The notes beneath the pieces were generated by a model. That model did no database searches. It was given only the letters and a program-made list of their open reading frames with translations, and was not told the origin of the DNA. A program made the position numbers and the translations under genes. This document shows, piece by piece, positions 11,501-20,162 of a stretch of DNA of 64,000 bases. The DNA is from an uncultured archaeon (lineage in GTDB: Archaea; Asgardarchaeota; Lokiarchaeia; Sigyniarchaeales; SOKP01): positions 64,001-128,000 of the forward strand of contig CAZALK010000003.1 of the NCBI GenBank assembly GCA_964486045.1, in the 5' to 3' direction. Position 1 is the stretch's first letter, and each line of letters opens with the position of its first letter.

Positions 11501-12512
11501 TTATAATGTCTTATTTGAAAAATACAAAGAACAAATTGAAAATAATATCGCTGATGATGAGACACAATTTATTTATCTAAATGTAATAGGTCAGTTATTA
11601 TATCAATATATTTATTACGGACATGGTCCAGCTTTAACGAATTATAGAAAAATGTTCCAAAAGTTTTTGGTAGATGGGGGAAAGGAAACACTTGAATTAT
11701 TAGGATTAATACCTTTGCCGACGATTAATGGAATCAATTTTAAAGAAATTATATTAAGCGACCTTGATTTACGTAAATGGTATGATGATGGTATAGTTGA
11801 TATAATGCATAATTCTTTAACACCTATTGGAGTTGTGAGTGTTAAAGAATACAGTGCGAAGGAAATAATTAGAAATCTAAATGAGCCAATTTCGAGTTTT
11901 GGAAACTCTTTAAAAAATTTAGCTCTTAGATTTGGAAAACCATCTAAAGGTTCTAAGAAAATATATATCATCCCCCAAGGCATCACTTCTGGTGGATTGG
12001 GACAGTATTATGAAATCCCCAATCAGTTCATAGCAGCAGCAAATAAAATAGTTAAATTGAATAATAAGGATTTCTATTCTTGGGAAATTGATGGGACAAA
12101 TAACGGTGATAACTTAGTTGGCTTTAATAAGCATTATAAAGATGTTGTAAGAGCCTTTCTTGAAGGGTATAAAACATTATTTATTTTTGCTGCTATCGAA
12201 TCTGGTGGTGAGGTCACTCAAATTGAGGGTATAGGCTCTCTCAATATATTATCTGGTGCTCTATTACCTTCTGAATATGCCGATGATTATACAAATCAAT
12301 TAATAGATGGTTATTTCAATTCAGATAATCATTATCATTCATTGGAAGGCATAACATTCTACGATAGTGAGTTTTATAGCAAAGAAAATAAGTATAATAT
12401 CATAAATATCATGAATTCATTTAGAGCATATAATTCGTATACCGTTCCCTTTTCTAAATTTAATAAATATCAAGAAGCTTGGAACTTAATCAATTCCATG
12501 TTTTCTTTTTAA
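8541..12512 (+). CDS. Large orphan protein (1323 aa); N-terminus probably decayed
   Basis: Uninterrupted 4-kb ORF with no recognisable motif. The same frame continues upstream to ATG 8337 through three stops. Confidence 0.75.
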   Translation: MKKIAEAFYREQILSVFEEAKGNHQELQKVRENIVKAVQWNLLKKLSLSRTSIKLGSPIIHTLGNSVDEQNSIFNGLFDNLKQLVGNKKIFAEDQDQIDGGALFSISVLQCLLDAIASFAIKSDGIVNKLFRFNTALQSIQGTEFENVLTLEILPRTILSYYDAKYDKMIDKNGKEVDHRELWKIHTQTSRELKSKLFGPASYFSKNDYGLFDVFGRQYLIRGDQLIIVGNIAKHSKEDRSFTFEQSMIGLDAFRNVYDTLLEVADDPNKFNPDKTTIRINFNSPMFNRELNNIEAFIDVVLTDLMKRGSIGQQTVGVSGQYDTKWAKLSKSDVIKYYTINALNELLQNVEGYIGTTPVESNLLKHSFRKMLLKVDSNFIETLKNDLFKKYRINKGDIIDLDNFIRNKVAGNVEHYYGAYLGNDGSVKYGLVLGAVIETYLPGASNEQVSIYNIKDSRFDSSNLESNKDYDKETGNLLGPYTFAFKIKDNKITYRLYKVRSNLKLEGGWQIGIPDLETGEIISVIITDGNGRKLYGRIKYEGYSITERVGGVHWWRSSSMKSIKENNYIRNLKGTGVGDYSGIRVINAMFTRYGDMNQIMWVTTDLINPYLDFDFSHDFYTILYKNFPIPSRRPKSGIINMLPFLRQFPITADILAKESSMRDLVLTHIFDIAQKIIDHSGLSEYLPVYDNILKVLNAYEDKSGVIHLGPGYKELSHLFKTVIGSSAYSFSFNNFRDDIEDINHLTYNKDQSFKDWLKIALDLYQNYQLPSRGNSDPVLKALDEKIRAEIFDSIGNNKFVKGGVPRTFSDGDDFLQGYDGHEDKVLIEEIISTTTNLYGGFTLSKLLTGSIFVQNGRVQFALLTWDSLFKAHKNAGLVNEHLNVKFPSSTSYTTAQSQVVDEMILRPSIEVTIKYGVNEEVEFIQIPHIPTDYWDPNIKSQNEVSIESLDLTKYSNGLSNLLLKYWGKKQRSQIVYRTQRAYGNRLVYNVLFEKYKEQIENNIADDETQFIYLNVIGQLLYQYIYYGHGPALTNYRKMFQKFLVDGGKETLELLGLIPLPTINGINFKEIILSDLDLRKWYDDGIVDIMHNSLTPIGVVSVKEYSAKEIIRNLNEPISSFGNSLKNLALRFGKPSKGSKKIYIIPQGITSGGLGQYYEIPNQFIAAANKIVKLNNKDFYSWEIDGTNNGDNLVGFNKHYKDVVRAFLEGYKTLFIFAAIESGGEVTQIEGIGSLNILSGALLPSEYADDYTNQLIDGYFNSDNHYHSLEGITFYDSEFYSKENKYNIINIMNSFRAYNSYTVPFSKFNKYQEAWNLINSMFSF

Positions 12513-12653
12513 TTTTTTTTGTTTTTTATTGTAATTTGATGACAATTTTTCTTAGATAAAAAAGTTTATTTGTTTAAATTTTAACGAGTGTATACATTTA
12601 AATTAATAAATCATCATTTATTTCATTAGACGTGTTTAAAAGTCGAAAGCATT

Positions 12654-13733
12654 ATGAAAGAGTTTAAAATAAATGAATTTTTATCATTGAGATTAGAGGA
12701 TAATAAGGCCAATATTTATGTTGACAATGAATTATTTAGGCAATGTAAGTTCTTATTGATTAATATTCCGATTAAGGATGTAGATACATTTGATGAAATT
12801 GGGTCTATTGATGAAATTGAGATGAGATCTGATCGTTCATTAGAATTCAGGGAGCCTGCTAAGATAAATATTCCTCTTGAGACTGAGTTTTGGGCTCATT
12901 GCTCAAATTTACAAGTTTGGTATGAGAATAATTATGACACATGCCTTTTACATAGTAATTTAGCCTTTCCACTCCTAAAAAGATTAGAAAAAGTTGGGGA
13001 TCCGCTTGCAAAAAGAAGATTTAAGGAAGAGATAGCCAAAAGATTTGAGGGAGGGTATTTTCCTACGATCTATTTTCTATTAGAGGAAGGGTATGACGAA
13101 TATCTTTCGAGGGAAGAATTATTTTTAAGTTTATTAGGACAAGATGAAGAAGCAGAAGAAAAGACAAGAATTATTCTAGAACTGGAAAGATTGATAAACG
13201 ATAAGTTTCATATCGAGGATTTTCTTAATGGCGAATTTAATGGGATTAAAATAGTGAATCATAGAGTCATAGGATTATCAATTGCGCATACAAATATAGA
13301 AATGCTTCCAGAATCTATAGGCAATTTCAAGTATCTAAAAAAGATCTTTATAGATTATACTAAACTAAAAAAGCTTCCAGGGGCATTTAAAAATCTTAAA
13401 TCTCTTGAATTTCTCGACATATCTAATAATGAACTAAATGAAATTCCCGAATCTATTTGTGCGTTAAACACGCTTAAAAAACTTATCATGTGTAATAATA
13501 AGATAATAACAATACCAGAATCTATTAAAAATTTGAAGTCTCTTGAACTTTTAAATCTAGGAGGGAACAGAATCAAGGTTCTACCTGACTCTATTATGGA
13601 AATTCAATCACTTAAGGATATCTTTTTAGAAGATAATGAATTAATCTCACTTCCAGAATCTATAAGAACTATGAATTCTTTGAAATCTTTGAATGTAAGA
13701 GGAAATGAACTCTTGAAATTAGATAAGGGCTGA
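12654..13733 (+). CDS. Leucine-rich repeat protein with Lokiarchaeia-type N-terminal domain
   Basis: EFWAHCSNLQVW.ENNYDT.LLHSNLAFPLLK N-domain, then about 6 23-aa LPESI..L..L..L....N repeats. Confidence 0.92.
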   Translation: MKEFKINEFLSLRLEDNKANIYVDNELFRQCKFLLINIPIKDVDTFDEIGSIDEIEMRSDRSLEFREPAKINIPLETEFWAHCSNLQVWYENNYDTCLLHSNLAFPLLKRLEKVGDPLAKRRFKEEIAKRFEGGYFPTIYFLLEEGYDEYLSREELFLSLLGQDEEAEEKTRIILELERLINDKFHIEDFLNGEFNGIKIVNHRVIGLSIAHTNIEMLPESIGNFKYLKKIFIDYTKLKKLPGAFKNLKSLEFLDISNNELNEIPESICALNTLKKLIMCNNKIITIPESIKNLKSLELLNLGGNRIKVLPDSIMEIQSLKDIFLEDNELISLPESIRTMNSLKSLNVRGNELLKLDKG

Positions 13734-13958
13734 ACTTTTAATATTAGAGTAAATTGCAATTAAATTAGCACGATTATCTCCAAAAGGAAAAAGTTCACAG
13801 TTAATATTTGCATCCTTTAAATATTGTTCAATCTTCAATGCAACATTTTTTTCATTGCCAGGGGGATTGTAAGATTCAGTTTGAATCAGATCTCTAAAAA
13901 ATTCAATATATTCCTCAGTATTATTTTCAATTTCTTGGATTATTAATTCTTCATTCAA
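13719..13958 (-). pseudogene. Truncated 5' copy of the M20 peptidase gene (first ~68 codons)
   Basis: 56/66 aa identical to the N-terminus of 1058..2407; homology stops abruptly at about 13755. Confidence 0.92.
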
Positions 13959-14122
13959 CGCTTTACCTCAAGATTTATTGTTCTTATTTTAATTTTAAAG
14001 AAAATTCGATTGCTATAAATATTTTGTTATATGGCAATCTAACTGATAGATTTAAAAATTTAGGAAATTTTAATACTTTTAAATGATTTTATAATCAAAA
14101 ATTAGGTTTCACGGTTATTTTC

Positions 14123-17100
14123 TTGATTCGACAAAAAAAAGAGATTAAAAGAATAGTCATTGTCGTAATTTTTATTACATTTATTTTAATAACCAATTTC
14201 CACTTTCTTAATCATTCCAATCTAATAGATGAAAATAATGACGAAAATCAAGGATTAGAGATTTTTCCTAAAACTTCTGATCTTAATATAACAGATTTTA
14301 TTCTTGGTAGTGGAGACGACCAAGATGTTAGAATATATGTAAATAACGAATCTAGCAATTTAAACGATAACGAAGATTTTTTCGATATTCCCTCAATTCC
14401 TACAGACGATATGTTTCTCACTTATGGTGATTTTAATTTCACATTTCAAAATAATTACACAACAGATTACATTCTTGAGGATGACACTGCTTTAGATGCA
14501 GCAGATTTCATATCCTTTGATTTTGATGAGGATCCATCCAATTCAGATTATATTCCGGGAGTTGGAACATCAGTTATTGGAGGATCGTTCAGCGATTTAG
14601 TTGACAGTTCAAATTCAACCAACCTGTGGTTACAATCAAATGCCACAAATAATATATTAAATTTTACAATAAAAGCAAATTATACAGATGAAACTTATAC
14701 AAACATAGGGGTGATCAATGGTAATGTAGAGTTCGATAGAACTGATATATTAGCTCTAATTCTCTCATTACTTTTTGACCTTACTCTTGATGCTAATTTG
14801 ACAATAAGAATAAAGGATTATACACAACCAACTTGGGTTAATTTGACTGATCCAATTCTGGTTAATAGTAGTATAGGTATACAGGAGATTAACCGTAAGA
14901 TTATTAATGAAAATTTGAATTTCATTGATTTATCAGATGTTTGTTATTTACAATTCTTTTTTGAGAGAAGTGACCTTGCTTCATTTGATGGCCGATTCTA
15001 CAACTTAGAATTAGAATCAACCTACGCATTTGATCTACCTATAACTAATAATAGCTATGTCGCTTTAGAATTTGACTTAAAGGGGGAAAATTCGACTGTA
15101 AATGGATTTAATGTTTGGATAAGGACCTTAAATTTGACTCAGGCGGCAATAACACAACTAAATATTACACTGTATAGAGCAGATGGTACTTTAGTTCGAT
15201 CAGGTGGGACAGGTGGGAGTTTACGAGGTACTCAGTTAAACCCAGATTACAATGAACCGATAGATCCAATATTATTATTAAATTATACTAAAGACAACAT
15301 TTCCTATTTTGAGTTTAATACTTCTAACACTCAAAATCTAAACCTTTCAAATTACTTTGTTGTGATAAAATCAAATAACTCAAATGAAGTGTACAGTCTA
15401 GTAACTTTGCCCTATATTGATTATACCGCAGATGGGATAACTGAACACCAATTAATAACTACAATCAATGATGGAATTAGTTGGTCATTAGCTAAAAAAC
15501 AAGTAGATACTACCATTTCAACATACCCTTCAGGTCAATTAGATGCTAGTCCTTTTAGGTTGAACGTCACTAGAGGATATATGCCATCAGATTTTATATA
15601 CAATGCTACCAATACACTAAAAATTCAAGATATTCCAATAGAAAATTTAGAAATTAGCTCCTATCCATATAATGAAAGTTCTTATTTAACTTGGGGATTA
15701 GGGAGATGGACTAATACCTTTATTGAACCAATTGAAGATACTCTCGCAAATGAATTTGAAGTTTACTTACAATGGAATAAAACTGTTATTGAGGGTTTTA
15801 AATTCAATGTTACTTATTCTATAAAAGCTTATTGGATTGTAGGCGCTCAAGCATTTTATAATGCAACTTATAATGAAAATCCTGAATGGAATTTAGAGTT
15901 CGATTTTGATAAAAATAATTCAAAATTCAATAATTGGGATTTTTTTGAATTTTGGTTTGTTTATCCTAACTTCATGAATGCTCATAATTTGACAAATCCA
16001 AATGGAGAAGAGTTTCTTTGGTTATTAGAACAAGAATCAATTTTAACAGAGAATCCAACTATGTTTAAACTTGTAATTAATGAATCTTATTCCAGTCTTA
16101 ATGGTTCATACACACTTAATTTAACGAGTTACAATTTCATTCAACAGATTCACAGTTATATTAACTATAATGGAATTTTATCAGAAACAGTTGGTTTCAT
16201 GTATGGAGATAACATATCGATTAGCCTTGATATCCAAGACCAGAATCTTGACGCCCCTATAAGTGGTGATGCAAACGTTACCCTTTTTTACCCAAATGGA
16301 ACTAAATATCCTGGAGCGATATTGTTTGATTCAACAGGAGATGTTGATGGATCAGTATTATCTTACGATTTCAATAACAACACGATTCTAGATTTGACAG
16401 ATGCGGTTACAGTTTTTGGGGAATATAAATTAGGAATCCTTTGGTTAAATGGTTCCGCCTTAGGATGCAAAAAGATAACTTTATATATTGATTCATACGA
16501 TCTCGATTTATATAATTTAACCTATTCTTCGAACCTAGGGACTAATGTTCTTATTGGAGAAATAAATAATAAGGTATTTCAAAATTACACAATGTTAATT
16601 GCATCAATTAACGATACAACAGGTATCCCAAATCCAAATTTTTATGCTATAAATAATTCAAATATCAATCAAGAATATTCTTATAATTTTGAAGGATGGG
16701 ATCTACCCATTTTGCTTGAATCATTTCTGCAAAGTGAAAATATCTTAAACCCGAATGAAATTATCAACTTTAAGACAACAATTCAAAATGCACACGAAAC
16801 GTTCAATTTAACTATTAAAATCCTTACACAAATAGTATCTTATCTCAATGAAGATTGGATTATAGCTGAAAATTCTTCAAACTCAATTACATTAAATTCC
16901 TCCGGTTCCCCAAATGATAGTTATGAATTTGACTTTAATCTTACAATTCCAAATTTAAATATAGCTACACAAACTTGGATGGGTGTAAATGCACCTATCA
17001 GATTAGGGGGTGCAAAAACAATAGTTACTTTATATATCGAGGATAACGTTGCAGGGATATATAAAAGTCCTGAATTCTCACTTTTAAGTAATAAAACAAG

Positions 17101-18256
17101 TGATAATTTTGAGGGTTATATTCTTGGTTTGACAATTTCTGAAAAGATCACAAGTCGAAGCATTTTATATGAATTTGACAGAGACGAATGTATTTACTTT
17201 CCAGATAATTCATCATTTTTAGTTAATATCATTGATGAAAATTATGTTAGCAGTTATAGACAATTCAATGACGAATTTTCTATAAAACTTAATAGTATAT
17301 TTACAAATATCACTATTGAACCAAACTCTCCCATCAAAGGTCAATCAATAAATTTTAGTTCAACTTTAACTACTGAATTTGGAGTAGTGTTATCAAATAA
17401 AAATGTCACTTGTGAGTATTTTGACTCGAGTTCATGGGTAGAAATTGCTACAGGTATAACTGATTCCAACGGTCACGTTACCTTTAATATTGACACTATG
17501 GTTATCGATTTTGAGGATGATTTGCAATTACAATTATCTTGGGATGGGGATATCATAAATGGAGTTTCAAAGAATGCTTTCATAAATATTTTGCATGAAA
17601 CAAACGGCATTTCAATTTTAGTTAGCCAGATTGATGTTTTAATATACAGAAACAGACTAACAACAATAAAATACATTCTAAGTAATATAGGAGACTCTGA
17701 CTTAAGACTTTTTAACATTACAGTGGATATTGAAAATAATTTACAATATACAACCGTAGAAATAAATTATGTTGAATTAAATTGGTTCTCTTCTGGAGAT
17801 AACACAGATATAATAATTGAAATTTCAATATCAGAAGTCAGCCAACTTCAAGTTAATTTTACAATTACAGCCCAAAATGTTATTACAGGAGAAATATTCA
17901 CTTTCTTCAAGGAATCTTCTTATGCCGTTTTTGATCCTCCAATAACAGATTATGTAATTGAGTTTTTCATGTTTACTATAATTGTCATTTTCGGTATTAT
18001 TTGGCTTGCAGCAATAATCTATACTCGTCGAGTAAGGAAAAGAATTGAAGAACCGGTTGAAGTTCCGTTGAGAAAACCGAGAAAGGGCAAATATATAATG
18101 GTATCCGATCTTAAAAAACCAACTCCAGAGAAAAAGGTTCCCAAGAAAAAAGTAGAACAAAAAGAAGTCAAACCAAAAAAGACGACAGACTTAGATTCCT
18201 TGTTAGAAGAAAGAGGCTTAGCTGAAAAACAAAAAAAGAAAAATTCTAAAAAGTAA
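14123..18256 (+). CDS. Large cell-surface glycoprotein, single C-terminal TM, Lys-rich cytoplasmic tail
   Basis: Signal peptide, dozens of N-x-S/T sequons, beta-rich composition, TM near residue 1280-1300. Confidence 0.8.
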   Translation: MIRQKKEIKRIVIVVIFITFILITNFHFLNHSNLIDENNDENQGLEIFPKTSDLNITDFILGSGDDQDVRIYVNNESSNLNDNEDFFDIPSIPTDDMFLTYGDFNFTFQNNYTTDYILEDDTALDAADFISFDFDEDPSNSDYIPGVGTSVIGGSFSDLVDSSNSTNLWLQSNATNNILNFTIKANYTDETYTNIGVINGNVEFDRTDILALILSLLFDLTLDANLTIRIKDYTQPTWVNLTDPILVNSSIGIQEINRKIINENLNFIDLSDVCYLQFFFERSDLASFDGRFYNLELESTYAFDLPITNNSYVALEFDLKGENSTVNGFNVWIRTLNLTQAAITQLNITLYRADGTLVRSGGTGGSLRGTQLNPDYNEPIDPILLLNYTKDNISYFEFNTSNTQNLNLSNYFVVIKSNNSNEVYSLVTLPYIDYTADGITEHQLITTINDGISWSLAKKQVDTTISTYPSGQLDASPFRLNVTRGYMPSDFIYNATNTLKIQDIPIENLEISSYPYNESSYLTWGLGRWTNTFIEPIEDTLANEFEVYLQWNKTVIEGFKFNVTYSIKAYWIVGAQAFYNATYNENPEWNLEFDFDKNNSKFNNWDFFEFWFVYPNFMNAHNLTNPNGEEFLWLLEQESILTENPTMFKLVINESYSSLNGSYTLNLTSYNFIQQIHSYINYNGILSETVGFMYGDNISISLDIQDQNLDAPISGDANVTLFYPNGTKYPGAILFDSTGDVDGSVLSYDFNNNTILDLTDAVTVFGEYKLGILWLNGSALGCKKITLYIDSYDLDLYNLTYSSNLGTNVLIGEINNKVFQNYTMLIASINDTTGIPNPNFYAINNSNINQEYSYNFEGWDLPILLESFLQSENILNPNEIINFKTTIQNAHETFNLTIKILTQIVSYLNEDWIIAENSSNSITLNSSGSPNDSYEFDFNLTIPNLNIATQTWMGVNAPIRLGGAKTIVTLYIEDNVAGIYKSPEFSLLSNKTSDNFEGYILGLTISEKITSRSILYEFDRDECIYFPDNSSFLVNIIDENYVSSYRQFNDEFSIKLNSIFTNITIEPNSPIKGQSINFSSTLTTEFGVVLSNKNVTCEYFDSSSWVEIATGITDSNGHVTFNIDTMVIDFEDDLQLQLSWDGDIINGVSKNAFINILHETNGISILVSQIDVLIYRNRLTTIKYILSNIGDSDLRLFNITVDIENNLQYTTVEINYVELNWFSSGDNTDIIIEISISEVSQLQVNFTITAQNVITGEIFTFFKESSYAVFDPPITDYVIEFFMFTIIVIFGIIWLAAIIYTRRVRKRIEEPVEVPLRKPRKGKYIMVSDLKKPTPEKKVPKKKVEQKEVKPKKTTDLDSLLEERGLAEKQKKKNSKK

Positions 18257-18305
18257 ACTTACTAACAATCCTTTTACTTATTTTTAAAAAAAAGGATTTA
18301 TAAAA

Positions 18306-18674
18306 TTATAAATTTGATATTGAAATTAAGTTTCTCTTTAATAATGCAAGAGAACTTCTTCCGTCCGAACCAGCCAAAGCTATTAATGTATTCTTTTCGG
18401 AACCAACCAAAACAGCAAATCCATTTTCAAGTTCAATCGTGGTTGTTTTTAAACCGCCTTTACCCGTATCTTTACCAAGTGCATTTGAATCCTTGATTAT
18501 GGCAACACAGGCCTTTGCAATTTTACTATGATCCATATCTGTAATAGTTTGACCAATTAAAACCTTCCCTTCCGAATCAGTTGCTATTAAACCTTCACAT
18601 TCAGGAACTATATCCATTAATTCTGCTAACTTCTTCTCAAGAACTTTTTTATCTACCATAATAGAGTATCCCAT
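18306..18674 (-). CDS. Roadblock/LC7 domain protein
   Basis: L.ELMDIVPECEGLIATDSEGKVL...TTIELENGFAVLVG pattern (alpha-beta-beta-alpha-beta-beta-beta). Confidence 0.8.
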   Translation of the reverse strand: MGYSIMVDKKVLEKKLAELMDIVPECEGLIATDSEGKVLIGQTITDMDHSKIAKACVAIIKDSNALGKDTGKGGLKTTTIELENGFAVLVGSEKNTLIALAGSDGRSSLALLKRNLISISNL

Positions 18675-18955
18675 AAAATAATTTCAATAGTTTGGAATTC
18701 TGAAATTGGTTAAGAAATTATCTTAAATAAGTATTAGTTAAAATATATCGTTTAAGCAATTTAAATTTATCAAATAATATAAAAAAAGAGTAAGTGAAAA
18801 AAGTAAAAACCATCATAGTAAAATATTTTAGCCTAAGGGAACTTTTTTAATTGTAGTTTGATTGTAAATTTATTTAGTAATATAAATTTTTAAAAACCCT
18901 TAATCTATTATTATAATATAAAAAATTTAGAGTTTTCTTAAAGGTGTAATTTATC

Positions 18956-19252
18956 ATTATAAATCGTCAAGAAGTTAAAAATATAATCCGTCGTTTCGAA
19001 GAGAGGGAGGGAATTCGCGGCGTCATTATTTGCGATTCCAGTGGGTTGCCAATTGATTCGAATATGAAAATAGATATTAGTGAAGAAGTAGCTGCTTACG
19101 TGACATCACTTATCGGGAAAGGAAGACAAGTAGTTGAAGCCTTAGATGAAGGAATTTTGAAATTTATAAGATTAGAGACTGCGGTTGCCGGTGAGTCACG
19201 TGAAGTAATGGTGGCTTTGGAAGAAAACCTAATTTTAATAATTATGAAGTAG
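18956..19252 (+). CDS. Roadblock/LC7 protein resembling dynein light chain roadblock; non-canonical start
   Basis: ORF extends upstream of the tracked TTG 19046: IINRQEVKNIIRRFEEREGIRGVIICDSSGLPI...LKFIRLET...EVMVA; upstream stop TAA 18947. Confidence 0.85.
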   Translation: MINRQEVKNIIRRFEEREGIRGVIICDSSGLPIDSNMKIDISEEVAAYVTSLIGKGRQVVEALDEGILKFIRLETAVAGESREVMVALEENLILIIMK

Positions 19253-19389
19253 AAAAACAAGTTTTCCTTCTTTTTAATATTTAAATTCTTCAAAATAGAG
19301 AAATACTGTAATAATATCATCCACACCTCTTTATTATTTCGTATTTTATCATCTTTTGATTAATACTTTTTTAAGATGAAAATCTCTAT

Positions 19390-20031
19390 TTAGAGAAAAT
19401 ATTTTTTATGTGGATTTTGTTTCCTCTCTTCTCCCACAGAGGTAACATCACCAGAGTAGGAATGACCTGAAAATATAAGAAAATTATCTGTGATTTCAGG
19501 ATTATACATTATTTTATTTTTAATGGATGAAAATAACTGATTTGGGTTTCCCCCCCCGAAATCCGATCTTCCTATGCCACGACAGAAAATTAAATCACCA
19601 GTAAAGATTATCCCATCTATTTCTTGACCGTTAAATTCTTTTGGATCTTTTGAATAATAACAGAGGGAATCGAGAGAGTGACCAGGGGTTTCTAAGACAT
19701 GTAAGGTATATTCCCCCACGTTAATAGTATCACCCTCTATCAACCCTCGATTATCCCTACCTGCAGAATATCTTCCCCATTTATATCTCGATTTATGAAA
19801 CATTATAGGAATGTCAAAGTAGTTTGAAATTACACCAACATTTCCGGTGTGGTCTTCGTGTCCATGAGTCACAAGAACCGCAATTGGTCTAACATCCAAT
19901 TCATCAACTGCATTAATTATTTTCTCTGCCTCAGCACCGGGATCAACAATTACAACTTCTTTAGTGTTTGGTGACCCGAAGATGTATGTATTAACAATGT
20001 AAGATCCAACAACTAATCTTTTTAAAATCAC
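19390..20031 (-). CDS. MBL-fold hydrolase (glyoxalase II-like)
   Basis: THGHEDH, TPGHS, FTGD and GH motifs. Confidence 0.92.
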   Translation of the reverse strand: MILKRLVVGSYIVNTYIFGSPNTKEVVIVDPGAEAEKIINAVDELDVRPIAVLVTHGHEDHTGNVGVISNYFDIPIMFHKSRYKWGRYSAGRDNRGLIEGDTINVGEYTLHVLETPGHSLDSLCYYSKDPKEFNGQEIDGIIFTGDLIFCRGIGRSDFGGGNPNQLFSSIKNKIMYNPEITDNFLIFSGHSYSGDVTSVGEERKQNPHKKYFL

Positions 20032-20162
20032 ACTAAATCTACTTCTTTCTAAAATTAGAACTTAAAATATTGGTTAACCTATAATTTTTTATATTTCTTC
20101 AATTGATATCTGTTCTATGGAATTACTCTTATCAGCAAAAAATTGACAGAACCAGCTCCACT

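Noticed and set aside
2201-13958. Provirus or classical integrative element
   Set aside because: No integrase, capsid, packaging ATPase or replication gene recognised; flanks are diverged gene copies rather than identical att sites
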